Origin: a virus
IMG/VR virus record: IMGVR_UViG_3300023276_001265
Reading direction: 5' to 3' (one strand)
Length of the DNA stretch: 64,000 nt
Each line of letters begins with the position of its first letter. Position 1 is the stretch's first letter. The position numbers were made by a program, and so were the translations under genes. The notes beneath the pieces are model-generated. The model had not been told where the DNA came from. It saw only the letters and a list, made by a program, of their open reading frames with translations, and did no database searches. Of the stretch, positions 1 to 8,822 are shown one piece after another.

Positions 1-30
1 TACCTTGATTCGGGCATAGTTGCGGGCTAG
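1..30 (+). CDS. Possible 3' end of an upstream gene (...YLDSGIVAG*), truncated by the window edge
   Basis: Frame 1 is open from base 1 to TAG at 28-30. Too short to identify. Confidence 0.25.
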   Translation, partial: YLDSGIVAG

Positions 31-62
31 TCTGGGATACAAACCCAGGAGCCCGCAATTCC

Positions 63-1190
63 ATGTACAGAGTCGTAGTTATCAAGAATCCAATTGATGG
101 CGCAGTAATTTACGTTGGCCGAGAGAAGCAGTCTGGAAACGGCCGATACGCGCTCAACAGGCTTTTGTCGGATACAAGGCGTGGCGGTAACAGCAAACGT
201 CATTTAGTGGTCAGACGCTTGGTCGAACAAGGCCTTAGTTTGTGCTACCTAGCTATCGCCGAGAATCTGCACGTAAATGCAGCTAAGAAGCTGGTGAACG
301 AGCTACGGGAACAGCACGGAGTTCAGCTCTCCCGTTACGGGTCCACTCGGCCTCGTGTCCACCAGAAAACCGATCCCAACTCGCCATATTTGGACAAAGC
401 AGAGGTCTACTACGTCTACGAACTGATCCGGCCAGACACCGACAATGTGTTCTACGTGGGCAAGGGGTCAGATCGTCAGCAACCACGAGTTGACGCTCAC
501 ATCCGGAAGGCTAAGTCCGGGAAGAAGGGGCACAAGTTCGCGATCATCCGCAAGCTACTTGCGGCCGGTCTCAAGCCCGTTGAGCATAGGATCGCCGAGA
601 ACCTCACCGAGTCCAAAGCGCTCAAGCTCGAAGTCGAGCACATTAGTTCAATAGGATTGAACCTTCTTGCAAACGATGCCTCTGGTGGTCAGACGGCGCC
701 CACTGGCGATGACCACTGGACGCGTAGGCATCCGGAGAAGGTTCTACGAGGTGAGAGCCATCCCATGCGGAGGGATCCTAGTCGAGCCGCACGCGGGCCG
801 CAAAACGGCGCATACACTAAGCCTGAGTGCCGGGTTCGCGGCGCCAAGCACGGGATGTCGAAGCTGGATTACCAGCAGGTCACGAGGATCCGTGCGCGGT
901 ATCAAGAGGGATTGGACTCAGGGAAGCGAGTAACCGGGAAGCGCCTGGCCGCAGATTATGGCGTGACTCCTACCCAGATATCTCGTGTACTTCGTGGTGA
1001 GAGTTGGGACCTGCCGAATCTCATCAAGAAGCACGGCAACGCGAAGCTCACTAAAGAGCAGATCGCGTCTATTCCAGCGAAGCTCGCTGCAGGGTTGAAT
1101 CAGAAGCAGCTGGCAGAAGAACTAGGCGTGAGTCATAGCCTCATCAACTACTACGCCAAGAAGATAGTCGTGGAACTGGTCGTCAACTAG
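63..1190 (+). CDS. Free-standing GIY-YIG family homing endonuclease: tandem GIY-YIG domains, short DNA-binding repeats, two HTH motifs
   Basis: YYVYELIRPDTDNVFYVGKG...R...H...ALKLE...LLAN is a GIY-YIG core, with a degenerate copy at the N-terminus. GxxH/N repeats (GDDHW, GESHP, GPQNG, GAKHGMSKL). HTHs KRLAADYGVTPTQISRVLRG and QKQLAEELGVSHSLI. Confidence 0.8.
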   Translation: MYRVVVIKNPIDGAVIYVGREKQSGNGRYALNRLLSDTRRGGNSKRHLVVRRLVEQGLSLCYLAIAENLHVNAAKKLVNELREQHGVQLSRYGSTRPRVHQKTDPNSPYLDKAEVYYVYELIRPDTDNVFYVGKGSDRQQPRVDAHIRKAKSGKKGHKFAIIRKLLAAGLKPVEHRIAENLTESKALKLEVEHISSIGLNLLANDASGGQTAPTGDDHWTRRHPEKVLRGESHPMRRDPSRAARGPQNGAYTKPECRVRGAKHGMSKLDYQQVTRIRARYQEGLDSGKRVTGKRLAADYGVTPTQISRVLRGESWDLPNLIKKHGNAKLTKEQIASIPAKLAAGLNQKQLAEELGVSHSLINYYAKKIVVELVVN

Positions 1191-1220
1191 ACGCCCCGTA
1201 TCTAGACCCAATTGGAAGAT

Positions 1221-1245
1221 AGCGCCCCTAGTGGGCGCTCTTTTT
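1221..1245 (+). terminator. Rho-independent terminator
   Basis: AGCGCCC-ctagt-GGGCGCT stem followed by CTTTTT, between convergent genes. Confidence 0.65.
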
Positions 1246-1247
1246 CA

Positions 1248-1454
1248 TCAGTCAGACTTGGTGTGTCGACGTCGCTTTCCGCTGCTCACACGCTCAAGAC
1301 GTGAGGCCATTCCGGGAATGGCGTCAGCCAACTTCTTAGCTAGGCTCACCTCAGCCGCGTCGAGGCCTGTTCCCCCTTCCAGGCACTTGATGATGACCTT
1401 GAGCTCCCTATCGCTCAGGTCCAGAGTCCATACGAAGTTGCGCTGGAGGTGCAT
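1248..1454 (-). CDS. Hypothetical protein (68 aa)
   Basis: ATG start, fills the gap between neighbours and ends at the terminator. Confidence 0.55.
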   Translation of the reverse strand: MHLQRNFVWTLDLSDRELKVIIKCLEGGTGLDAAEVSLAKKLADAIPGMASRLERVSSGKRRRHTKSD

Positions 1455-1538
1455 CGTGGGCGCCTATCGGGTAATCTGAGATCTCACCCGGCGGTGCCGG
1501 AATTAGCATCAGTTTACAGCAAGAGAAGACCAGACCGT

Positions 1539-1931
1539 ATGGAGAACGGACTCAAGTACCACGGATCGTGGGACAATGCCTGCCCGAGCGGCGTCTCCTA
1601 CACCGAGCACGTTCAATCTCTTCCTCTGATGTTGGTCCAGATGTACTGGCAGGCTGGAGGGACTGGAATTTTTGCGGTCCATCCGATGATCGCGTCAATG
1701 CTGAGCGTGGTAGATCCGGCCCGCTTCGGGTCGTTCAAGTTTCACGAGGCCCAAGAATGGCCGGTCGAGGTCGGGGCCATAGGTGGTATCTCGGTGTGGG
1801 CTGACGTCTCTATTGGTGGAGCCGAGATCCTGATAGTTGATGAGCCTGGGTCCCTGCAGCCTCACGCGAGGGTAACGCTCTCTAACTTCATCGACGTTCC
1901 AGAGGTTCTGGACAGAATGGCGCGTCTCTGA
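1539..1931 (+). CDS. Hypothetical protein resembling an isolated axial-domain segment of a T4 gp23-type major capsid protein
   Basis: Probable start is ATG 1539. WDNACPSGVSYTEHVQSL...FAVHPMIASML...VGAIGGISVWAD...EILIV parallels, from memory, the gp23-family pattern V.SP.VAS.L...VG.L.G...VY.D....ILVG. Confidence 0.5.
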   Translation: MENGLKYHGSWDNACPSGVSYTEHVQSLPLMLVQMYWQAGGTGIFAVHPMIASMLSVVDPARFGSFKFHEAQEWPVEVGAIGGISVWADVSIGGAEILIVDEPGSLQPHARVTLSNFIDVPEVLDRMARL

Positions 1932-1936
1932 GCGGG

Positions 1937-1951
1937 CGAATCTGATAGACT
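1937..1951 (+). promoter_or_regulatory. Phage promoter motif copy (CGAATCTGATAGACT) upstream of the tail tube gene
   Basis: 12/15 match to the TGAGTCTGATAGAAT motif, contains extended -10 TGnTAGACT, ~30 nt before the start. Confidence 0.55.
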
Positions 1952-1983
1952 CATTGATGTGATGCACACCGGAGGTTAACCCC

Positions 1984-2556
1984 GTGGCCAGAGCGCTCAG
2001 CACCGATCCCCTACAGAACTTCTCCTATTACCTGCTAGACATTCCAGTCGCGGCAAGCCCTCCAGTAGCGTTCCCATTCAAAATCGGCCAGGGACTTTCA
2101 GAGGGACAGCTACTGAGCTTTAAGTCCATCTCAATTCCATCCGTATCAATGGGGATGAAGACGATTCAGGAGGGAAACTGGCCGTATGCACACCAAATTC
2201 CTACAGGACAGATCACAACAGGAGATACGACTATCGAGGCTGCTGTGACCCCGCTCTCAATGGACTTCTATCTGTGGTTCTTCCAGGCAGTGTGGGGAAC
2301 AGGGGCGCCCCGGCGTAACTTCACTGTGGTCCACACGAGAGCTGACAAGCTCATCCCCAGGCGGGTCGTCAATCTCTTTGGGTGCGTCCCTAAAAGCTGG
2401 CAGCCGTCTTCTAACTTTGATGCCAGTTCCAGCGAGCTATCGATCGAGAGCTTAACCGTGTCTGTGCACCAGGTAGAGGTTCTCCCAGGGATCCCAGGAC
2501 CCCCCAGTGTTCCAAATGCTCCAGTGGTCCCAGGGGTCCCAGGAGCTTCTATTTGA
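1984..2556 (+). CDS. Tail tube protein, T4 gp19 / eCIS Afp1-Afp5-like family
   Basis: DPLQNF, F.SIS...IQEG, FYLWF, RRN, L.GCVPKSW...FDASSSELSIESL motifs. GGAGG SD before the GTG start. Pro-rich C-terminal tail. Confidence 0.85.
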   Translation: MARALSTDPLQNFSYYLLDIPVAASPPVAFPFKIGQGLSEGQLLSFKSISIPSVSMGMKTIQEGNWPYAHQIPTGQITTGDTTIEAAVTPLSMDFYLWFFQAVWGTGAPRRNFTVVHTRADKLIPRRVVNLFGCVPKSWQPSSNFDASSSELSIESLTVSVHQVEVLPGIPGPPSVPNAPVVPGVPGASI

Positions 2557-2606
2557 TACGCTCTTTTTGGCCTGAAAGTGTTAATCTGATGCACAGAGGA
2601 AGTCAC

Positions 2607-2876
2607 ATGAGAGCACTACGAAATTCCATCTTCGCCATCGGGCTGGCCCTGTCCACCGGCTGCTGCGCTACCGTAGACCTGATCCGGGCCGACTACACGA
2701 AGGCTGACCGAGCTACCTTCGATGCAGTCGCTCCCGCCTACGAGGCTTACCTCGACGGGGACACGACGCTCGACAAGGACGCGAAGAAGCGAGGTAAGCG
2801 GACTATCACCACCTGGCGCCTCCGCCTGGAGCAAGCTGAAGCTCCCGTGCTTCCTGCTGATGGCGAAGGAGAGTAG
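2607..2876 (+). CDS. Putative lipoprotein
   Basis: ATG 2607 with GAGGA SD. MRALRN, a hydrophobic stretch, then lipobox-like LSTG-C. Confidence 0.7.
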   Translation: MRALRNSIFAIGLALSTGCCATVDLIRADYTKADRATFDAVAPAYEAYLDGDTTLDKDAKKRGKRTITTWRLRLEQAEAPVLPADGEGE

Positions 2877-2878
2877 CC

Positions 2879-3238
2879 GTGGCCGAACTCACAGGTAGCC
2901 TTGAAGACCTCGCGAAGGATCTCGGCGGTAAGGTCCTCGATCAGGTTAAGGACGACTTCGGTGATGCCTGGGACAGCGTCAAGGATGAGGTCAAGGACAT
3001 CCTCGCTGACGTAGCCAAGGATGCGGGGCGTCTTGCAGTCAAGAAGCTCCAGGGCGAGGACGTCTCTGAGGCCGAGAAGCACATCAACGCGCAGCTCCTC
3101 AATCTGAAGGTCGCAGGTGAGATCCTCGCGGTCCGCACCTTCTGGGAATCCTTCGGCAAGGTCATGGAAGTGATCGGAACTGGCCTCGGTGCCATCGCCA
3201 AGGCTGGGATTAAGACGCTCCTAGGCGGACTGGGATAG
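2879..3238 (+). CDS. Hypothetical helical protein with a Gly-rich hydrophobic C-terminus
   Basis: AAGGAG SD, 2 nt after the lipoprotein stop, strong GC3 codon bias, followed by a hairpin. Confidence 0.75.
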   Translation: MAELTGSLEDLAKDLGGKVLDQVKDDFGDAWDSVKDEVKDILADVAKDAGRLAVKKLQGEDVSEAEKHINAQLLNLKVAGEILAVRTFWESFGKVMEVIGTGLGAIAKAGIKTLLGGLG

Positions 3239-3243
3239 ATATG

Positions 3244-3277
3244 CCACTAACCCAGGAATTTCCTGGGTTTTAGTGGT
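3244..3277 (+). terminator. Hairpin / probable terminator
   Basis: CCACTAA-CCCAGGA-att-TCCTGGG-tt-TTAGTGG inverted repeat just after the stop at 3238. Confidence 0.6.
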
Positions 3278-3375
3278 CCATCTCCGTTGACTCGCCCTAG
3301 TGATGCATATAGGATGACCGCATCACCAACTTCGGTGACGAAACCAGGCCTAAACAATAGGGCAAGGAAAACAAC

Positions 3376-3840
3376 ATGACAGTTCGCACTCAATACGGTG
3401 TGCCATCGGCGTTGGCTACGGTCAACAACACCGCCCCGGTCGCCTTCACCGTCAACCGTCCGCGTACCCTTCCGGTAGAGCGGAACACCATCGACCACGT
3501 GGCTCGTCCATACCGTCGTCAGGAGTTTGAGGGTGGCCTTGCCGTCCTGCAGCTCAACGCAGCATGCGCTATCGGCGATGTCGCCGTTCGCGCGGTCGAG
3601 ATCATGGCTTGGGACGGAACGGTCGCTCGGACCGTGCTCAGCACCACTGGCAACGAGTATCTCGGTAACGCGACAATCACGACTGAGCTTCTGGCTCGGC
3701 TGATCATCGCGGAAGACGAGGCTGGCGCCCGCGTTTCTCTCTTCAAAGTCACCGGCGGCACCATCGCTAGCTGTGGACTCACCGGTCGGTTCGACTTCGG
3801 CCTCCACAACGCCAACTACGGGAGCAACCAGGGCCTCTAA
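3376..3840 (+). CDS. Putative virion structural (decoration-like) protein
   Basis: AAGGA SD, strong C-ending codon bias, beta-rich composition. Confidence 0.6.
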   Translation: MTVRTQYGVPSALATVNNTAPVAFTVNRPRTLPVERNTIDHVARPYRRQEFEGGLAVLQLNAACAIGDVAVRAVEIMAWDGTVARTVLSTTGNEYLGNATITTELLARLIIAEDEAGARVSLFKVTGGTIASCGLTGRFDFGLHNANYGSNQGL

Positions 3841-3899
3841 GCCTAACGGCTTAGAACACACCTGGCTGATCTTCCTAGGAAACAAGAAGGAAAACCAAC

Positions 3900-4334
3900 A
3901 TGAGTCTTTACAGTCAACTGCCTCTCGGAAATGTCACCCTCCCCTCCGGCGGAACCGCCGTCGTCACTGGCGCTCAGATGAGCGTCCGCGTCGAGGAAGA
4001 CGAGATGCTTCTTCATCTCAACTTCCAAGGCAACATTCTCGGTGTTACCGCCGCCGTTCTCACGATGGGCTTCGAGGTCGATGGCGTTGCCGCGACCGCT
4101 CTGCCCCTTTTGGGTCACACGTTCCTCACTGGGCAGCTTCAGCTTCCCGTGAACTTCACGCTTCCCGTGACCCTCACCAAGGGTGAGCACGTGGTTGCGC
4201 TGACGGCGAACACCACCACCGCTGCTGCAGCGACGGATGGCACCGCTTTCGATTGCCGCTTCTCGGCGACCCGCGTGTCCAACGCGGCTGCTCTGGCGCA
4301 CGGCGTCGACAGCAAGGTCCAGGGCATCTTCTAG
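3900..4334 (+). CDS. Putative virion structural beta-sandwich protein
   Basis: AAGGA SD, strong codon bias, alternating hydrophobic beta pattern (LTKGEHVVAL), followed by a strong hairpin. Confidence 0.6.
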   Translation: MSLYSQLPLGNVTLPSGGTAVVTGAQMSVRVEEDEMLLHLNFQGNILGVTAAVLTMGFEVDGVAATALPLLGHTFLTGQLQLPVNFTLPVTLTKGEHVVALTANTTTAAAATDGTAFDCRFSATRVSNAAALAHGVDSKVQGIF

Positions 4335-4353
4335 GCCTAGACCCAAGGATCAA

Positions 4354-4390
4354 AACAAGCCCAGAGGGTTTCCCTCTGGGCTTGTTCCTT
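4354..4390 (+). terminator. Strong rho-independent terminator, possibly bidirectional
   Basis: Perfect 15-bp stem AACAAGCCCAGAGGG-ttt-CCCTCTGGGCTTGTT. Confidence 0.8.
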
Positions 4391-4545
4391 GTACTGATGT
4401 CTCTACGAGCCTTGAGGCGCTTCCGGGGGATTAGGCTCTGGCTCCACGTAAAGCTCGCAGAACGTGGCGTGGGGCCGTGAGGACATGTCTACACTACAGA
4501 AGTAGCCCCCACAGCCCTCTGTAGCGCAGGGGAAGAACCCCACGG

Positions 4546-4887
4546 CTATTCGGTGAGGACTTCTGGCTCAGGGGCCTCATCAGCCTCTACGGCGTCCTCA
4601 GCGTCATCGTCGTCGAGCTCCGCGTTTTCTAGCCTGTGAGCTGACATGGCAAGCTCCACCACCGCTGACTCCACCTTAGCCTTCTCCTTACCGATGTCCG
4701 CAGCACCCTGGCTGAGGATGAAGACGCCAGCGAGTCCAAGGATCGCTTGGACGAGAGTAGCTGTAGCTTCTGGATCGAGTCCGAAGCCGTATTTGTTTGC
4801 GAGGAGGACAGCGGCCGATGCGGCTGCCCCGCCAATAGCTGCGAGTGCCTTCTTGGAGCCGAACAGGCCCTTGAGTGCTTCCTTCAT
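4546..4887 (-). CDS. Holin-like membrane protein
   Basis: SKK followed by TM1 (ALAAIGGAAASAAVLLA), TM2 (LVQAILGLAGVFILSQGAAD) and a highly charged C-terminal tail. Confidence 0.65.
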   Translation of the reverse strand: MKEALKGLFGSKKALAAIGGAAASAAVLLANKYGFGLDPEATATLVQAILGLAGVFILSQGAADIGKEKAKVESAVVELAMSAHRLENAELDDDDAEDAVEADEAPEPEVLTE

Positions 4888-4901
4888 TTGGAGTCTCTCT
4901 T

Positions 4902-5360
4902 TCAGGCCCGACTATACGCTTTTTTACGCCTTTTACGACGCCCTGATGCGCGTATTTGAGTTCTCCGGAGGGCCGCAACTAATAGCGGAACTTCGGCCGA
5001 AGCTACACGCTCATCAAGGTAGAGGAGGTCGAGCTTCTTAGTGGTCTTCACGAGCTTCCCAGAGACCTCCAGAAGCCCCCAGCCGACCGGAACCTCTGAT
5101 ACCGGGATAATGCCCTTGGGGGCCATAAAATAGCGCTGCTGGCCGATGCCTGGCCCAGAGTTCCGATACCACTTCTTCAGATCCCGGCGGAAATCAGCTT
5201 TAGACGTCTTACATTCGATTAGGGTCGAATGCTGCCCTCGCCAACCTATCGCGTCCGGAACTTCCCCGCTCTGAGCTTGAGTTTCCGTAAGTACAACAGA
5301 GCAGTTGCGGCCCTTGATTAGCCACTTCTTAGCGATTTTTACTAGGTCGTCGTGGGTCAT
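4902..5360 (-). CDS. PD-(D/E)xK nuclease, MmcB-like
   Basis: THDDL...WL, E.PDAIG, LIECKTSKADFRRD, RYFMAP.G.I...E.P.GWGL motifs. Confidence 0.8.
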   Translation of the reverse strand: MTHDDLVKIAKKWLIKGRNCSVVLTETQAQSGEVPDAIGWRGQHSTLIECKTSKADFRRDLKKWYRNSGPGIGQQRYFMAPKGIIPVSEVPVGWGLLEVSGKLVKTTKKLDLLYLDERVASAEVPLLVAALRRTQIRASGRRKRRKKAYSRA

Positions 5361-5408
5361 TACTGATATCAGTATCCCGCACGACGTAACCTATAACAAG
5401 CGAGTAGT

Positions 5409-8357
5409 TTACTGCACCTGCACAAATGGCTTGCTGAAGCTCACTGATTCGCCATTCTCCATGGCAGCGGCTTCAATCACGACGAAGAATCGCTTATCGC
5501 CGGTTGGTTGGGCGGACAAGGCCGTTCCGAGAATACCGATCTCGGTTGAGGACGCTGGCGGAGTAGCAGCTCCGGTGGAAAATACTGGCACCGCCCCGGA
5601 CCCCTCAGCGTAGACCTTGATGTCGTAGGTTACGGTCCCCGTATCAACGCCTTTGACGAAGATGCAAATCTGAGATATCTCGGTTTGAACCGGCGCCAGA
5701 CGCCCTACAAATGCGCCATGAACTGCACCAGCAGCAGCCGTCGAGCTCATTTCAAAGAAATACTCGAAGTCTGAAGCGAACAACGGGTAAACCGGCCTCG
5801 CGTCTACAGTTCCAGCAATGTTGCCGAACACTGGATCATCGAGGTAGAAATCGGTGATCGATGCGAACCCGGCGATCGGCACCACGCCAAACGCAAGGGT
5901 GGCGTTAATGGCTGAGTAACCTGCTGCTGCGTTGCCGCCCACAGAAATGTCTCGTGTGATAGCGATCTGGATGACACTGCCAGGTGTCATTAGGCTAGCT
6001 GGGATTGATCTGATAATGGACGTTCGGTGAGGATCGATATCGGCAGTTACGGTTACGTCGAAATCTACTGAAGAAATTGGGATTACGGCCCCACCGCCAA
6101 CGTCTGCGATATTACCCGAAGTGTTCAGGCGAACTGTTCCGCCAGAGGCAGTATCAAGGCCGTATTGGAGCCTCAAGAGTGCGTCACTGTTGCCATCCCA
6201 GTTGTCTGGAACTACGAACCTGGCAGATGCGGCCTGGTCGGTCAAATCTGAGTAGGTGATGACTGGAATGTCAGTCGCGAAGAAATCGTTGCTGGGAGAG
6301 GCTGATCCTGAAACTGGCGTGAAGATATCAACGACCGGCTCCATGAGCCGCGTGCTGACTTGACCTGTATAGCGGAATTGAAACGCCGTGACGCGCCAGC
6401 TGCCTGTGTGAAGGTCAGCGCCATCTCCCCCCAGTCGCTTCACATAAAACTGAATGGTGTCTCCGGGGAGAAAGTTGATCTCTCCTGGGTTTACCAGTAC
6501 TTTGATTACGCTGCGGGTTAGGTCGGTAGTAGCAGGTACGACCAGATTGGCGGTTGCAGCTGGGAAAGTTACAGTATCGACGGTGCCGGTCGACGATCTG
6601 ATGATCTTAGCTGTCGTCTCTAGCACGATGTCCTGGGCTACGGCCGTAGTCATCTGGTAGGACGCCAGGAGCTCCATGTCCCCGCCGTCGTAGTCTGCAG
6701 GGACTACGAAGTCGAATAGTTGTCCTGTGGTGATGACGTCAACGTAGTCCTGAACCGGGACATCAGCAGAAATGAAGCCTGCTGTGGGTGCGGTGACTCC
6801 TAGGATATCTCTAGTAGTAAGCACACCGTGCGAGACAAGCCCTGTAGGGCTGATGGGCGCTCCCGTGGCTGTGAGTTCACCGCTGACATTGAAAGCGATA
6901 GAGGTAGTGTCAACTCTCACTTCTGCGATTGCATTAGTCGGACCGCCGGTGATCAACAGACCCTTGTCAGAGTCCATCGTCACCTTGCCAGCTACCGCAC
7001 CCCCAGAGCCAGATGTCGAGAAGGCGATTGCTCCTCCAGCTATTGTGAGCTGTCCGCCACCGTCGAAGGTAATTGAGGAGGTATCAACGCGAACTCTAGC
7101 GATGCCGCCACCAACGACCTCAAGTCCGAAGTCTTCATCGAACGTGGATTGCCCTACGACGAGTCCACCGGGACCAGAGGTGGCCAGGGAGACGGCTCCA
7201 GCACTTAGCTGCCAGGTCCCGGCATCCTCATTCCACACGAAGGCGCTATCCTCAGCACGGACGAGGTGAGTATCGTTTGGCTGCAGCGCTGAGGTAATAC
7301 GACCGAGCCCGAAGTTAGCCGTTGTTGGGTCAGCGGGTACTACCTGAATGCTGGTCCCATCCCGGTAGTCTGTGTCGCCGCCGAAATCGACAAACTGAGC
7401 ATCTGCTGGGGTGGCAAACACTCCGTAGAGCCTGTCGGCGGTAACGGCGGTAGGGACCTGGCGGTAAACGATTACGACATCACCGGTGCCTGAGTTGATT
7501 CCTTGAAGAGTACTGGCGTAGAAGATTGCTGCCCATGCGGTCGAATCAGTGTTGATACGGGCCGCAAGATCAGTCATCGAATCAAGCGCCGACGCACCTA
7601 TCGCTGGAGCGAAGGCCCCAGAACCGCCTGCAAATGTCCAGGTTTCGGTGGTTCCTCCGTCTGAGAGAACAAACGTATCGCCGATTTGTGCTGTATTGAC
7701 CAGGTAGAACGCACCACCGTTAGAGACTGCGTTGTTAACGCTGTCGAGCTGGTTCGCTGAGAGCAAAGTCTCTTTCCAGCTAGCTCCGCCAGATACGGCT
7801 ACATCGACGTAGGCTTTGGAGGCTGCCGCCGTAGGCCCACTAGGAGTCACCGGGAGACCGAGCACCTCTTTACCCGAGCCCATGAGAATGTCGTCAATGG
7901 CGACAATCTCGCCCCTGGTGACATCAGAAGTCGATTGGAGTGATAGGTCCTCGTTGGCAGCAGAGCCACCGATTAGTACCTGTCCACCCGCACGGCCCGC
8001 AAGGATCCCATACTGAGTGTGAACATCGCCAACGGTCAGGCTGCTGAGACCGTTGTGATCAACCGCTCCGCCCTCCGCCGGGGATGAGTGGTCGTGTTGG
8101 GCGTTGGTGAAATCGGTGATCGTAGGAGTAGGCAGAGTCTTGTTCGAGAGGGTCTGCGCTAGGTTCTCGTAGACGACCGCGTCGTTAGCAGTTGGGTCCT
8201 TAAATGTGATGTCGCGGTCAGTTACCGCTGGCTCAACCCAGATGAGATTGATGGCACGAGTAGCCGCCAGGTCCAACAGGCGGACGCGTGTGGCTATTTG
8301 CGGATCATCTAGAGTCTGGTCACTCTGGAGACGTAGTACCTGCTTCGTGGCTGCCAT
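5409..8357 (-). CDS. Large tail fibre / structural protein (982 aa)
   Basis: G/T/A/D-rich, HDH motif, ASKAYVD motif, internal repeats (VRVDTSSITF/VRVDTTSIAF; FVVPADYDG/FVVPDNWDG). Confidence 0.7.
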   Translation of the reverse strand: MAATKQVLRLQSDQTLDDPQIATRVRLLDLAATRAINLIWVEPAVTDRDITFKDPTANDAVVYENLAQTLSNKTLPTPTITDFTNAQHDHSSPAEGGAVDHNGLSSLTVGDVHTQYGILAGRAGGQVLIGGSAANEDLSLQSTSDVTRGEIVAIDDILMGSGKEVLGLPVTPSGPTAAASKAYVDVAVSGGASWKETLLSANQLDSVNNAVSNGGAFYLVNTAQIGDTFVLSDGGTTETWTFAGGSGAFAPAIGASALDSMTDLAARINTDSTAWAAIFYASTLQGINSGTGDVVIVYRQVPTAVTADRLYGVFATPADAQFVDFGGDTDYRDGTSIQVVPADPTTANFGLGRITSALQPNDTHLVRAEDSAFVWNEDAGTWQLSAGAVSLATSGPGGLVVGQSTFDEDFGLEVVGGGIARVRVDTSSITFDGGGQLTIAGGAIAFSTSGSGGAVAGKVTMDSDKGLLITGGPTNAIAEVRVDTTSIAFNVSGELTATGAPISPTGLVSHGVLTTRDILGVTAPTAGFISADVPVQDYVDVITTGQLFDFVVPADYDGGDMELLASYQMTTAVAQDIVLETTAKIIRSSTGTVDTVTFPAATANLVVPATTDLTRSVIKVLVNPGEINFLPGDTIQFYVKRLGGDGADLHTGSWRVTAFQFRYTGQVSTRLMEPVVDIFTPVSGSASPSNDFFATDIPVITYSDLTDQAASARFVVPDNWDGNSDALLRLQYGLDTASGGTVRLNTSGNIADVGGGAVIPISSVDFDVTVTADIDPHRTSIIRSIPASLMTPGSVIQIAITRDISVGGNAAAGYSAINATLAFGVVPIAGFASITDFYLDDPVFGNIAGTVDARPVYPLFASDFEYFFEMSSTAAAGAVHGAFVGRLAPVQTEISQICIFVKGVDTGTVTYDIKVYAEGSGAVPVFSTGAATPPASSTEIGILGTALSAQPTGDKRFFVVIEAAAMENGESVSFSKPFVQVQ

Positions 8358-8635
8358 TAGATGACCTCGCTCGCTTCGATGCCGGGCATCTTGTAGGTAA
8401 CGATGCCCTCGTTGAGGTTAATCGTAACGTCCTTAGCCTCGCGCGGAACTCCCATTCTGGTCGTTACTGCATCGCCCGCTGCCTCTGAAATGGCGCTAGA
8501 CTGTTCCCACTCCACCCTGGCGAGTTCGGCCTTCTTTTTCTGGACCTCAGCAGCAAGTGCTAGCCGAATCAGATGATGCTTGTCGGAAGTTGGGAGTTCA
8601 AGAGTTTTGACCCCAGGTGTAGTGTCTACTGCCAT
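8357..8635 (-). CDS. Small coiled-coil protein, possible fibre assembly chaperone
   Basis: Coiled coil followed by INLNEGIVTY. TAATG-coupled to the 982-aa gene. Confidence 0.6.
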   Translation of the reverse strand: MAVDTTPGVKTLELPTSDKHHLIRLALAAEVQKKKAELARVEWEQSSAISEAAGDAVTTRMGVPREAKDVTINLNEGIVTYKMPGIEASEVI

Positions 8636-8658
8636 GTCCCATCCTTACGCATCATAGG

Positions 8659-8673
8659 ATTCTATCAGACTCA
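8659..8673 (-). promoter_or_regulatory. Phage promoter motif TGAGTCTGATAGAAT
   Basis: Exact 15-bp match to 23997-24011, intergenic, extended -10 TGnTAGAAT oriented toward the downstream gene. Confidence 0.7.
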
Positions 8674-8822
8674 CCCACCTTCTTCGATACTTCTATTCGT
8701 CCACTTCAATCCCGTAGATGACAATAGTGGCCCAAGTCCCGTCGAACTCGACAGGGCCACCGAGGTGGACCTGCATATACATCAGCTGGCTGGAAAGTAG
8801 GGGAATCGAGGACGCATAGCAT

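Noticed and set aside
1150-1190. GIY-YIG C-terminus (YAKKIVVELVVN) as a displaced end of the upstream gene, analogous to the parB case
   Set aside because: No convincing match to the visible upstream end (YLDSGIVAG*). The upstream gene lies outside the window, so this cannot be tested here.
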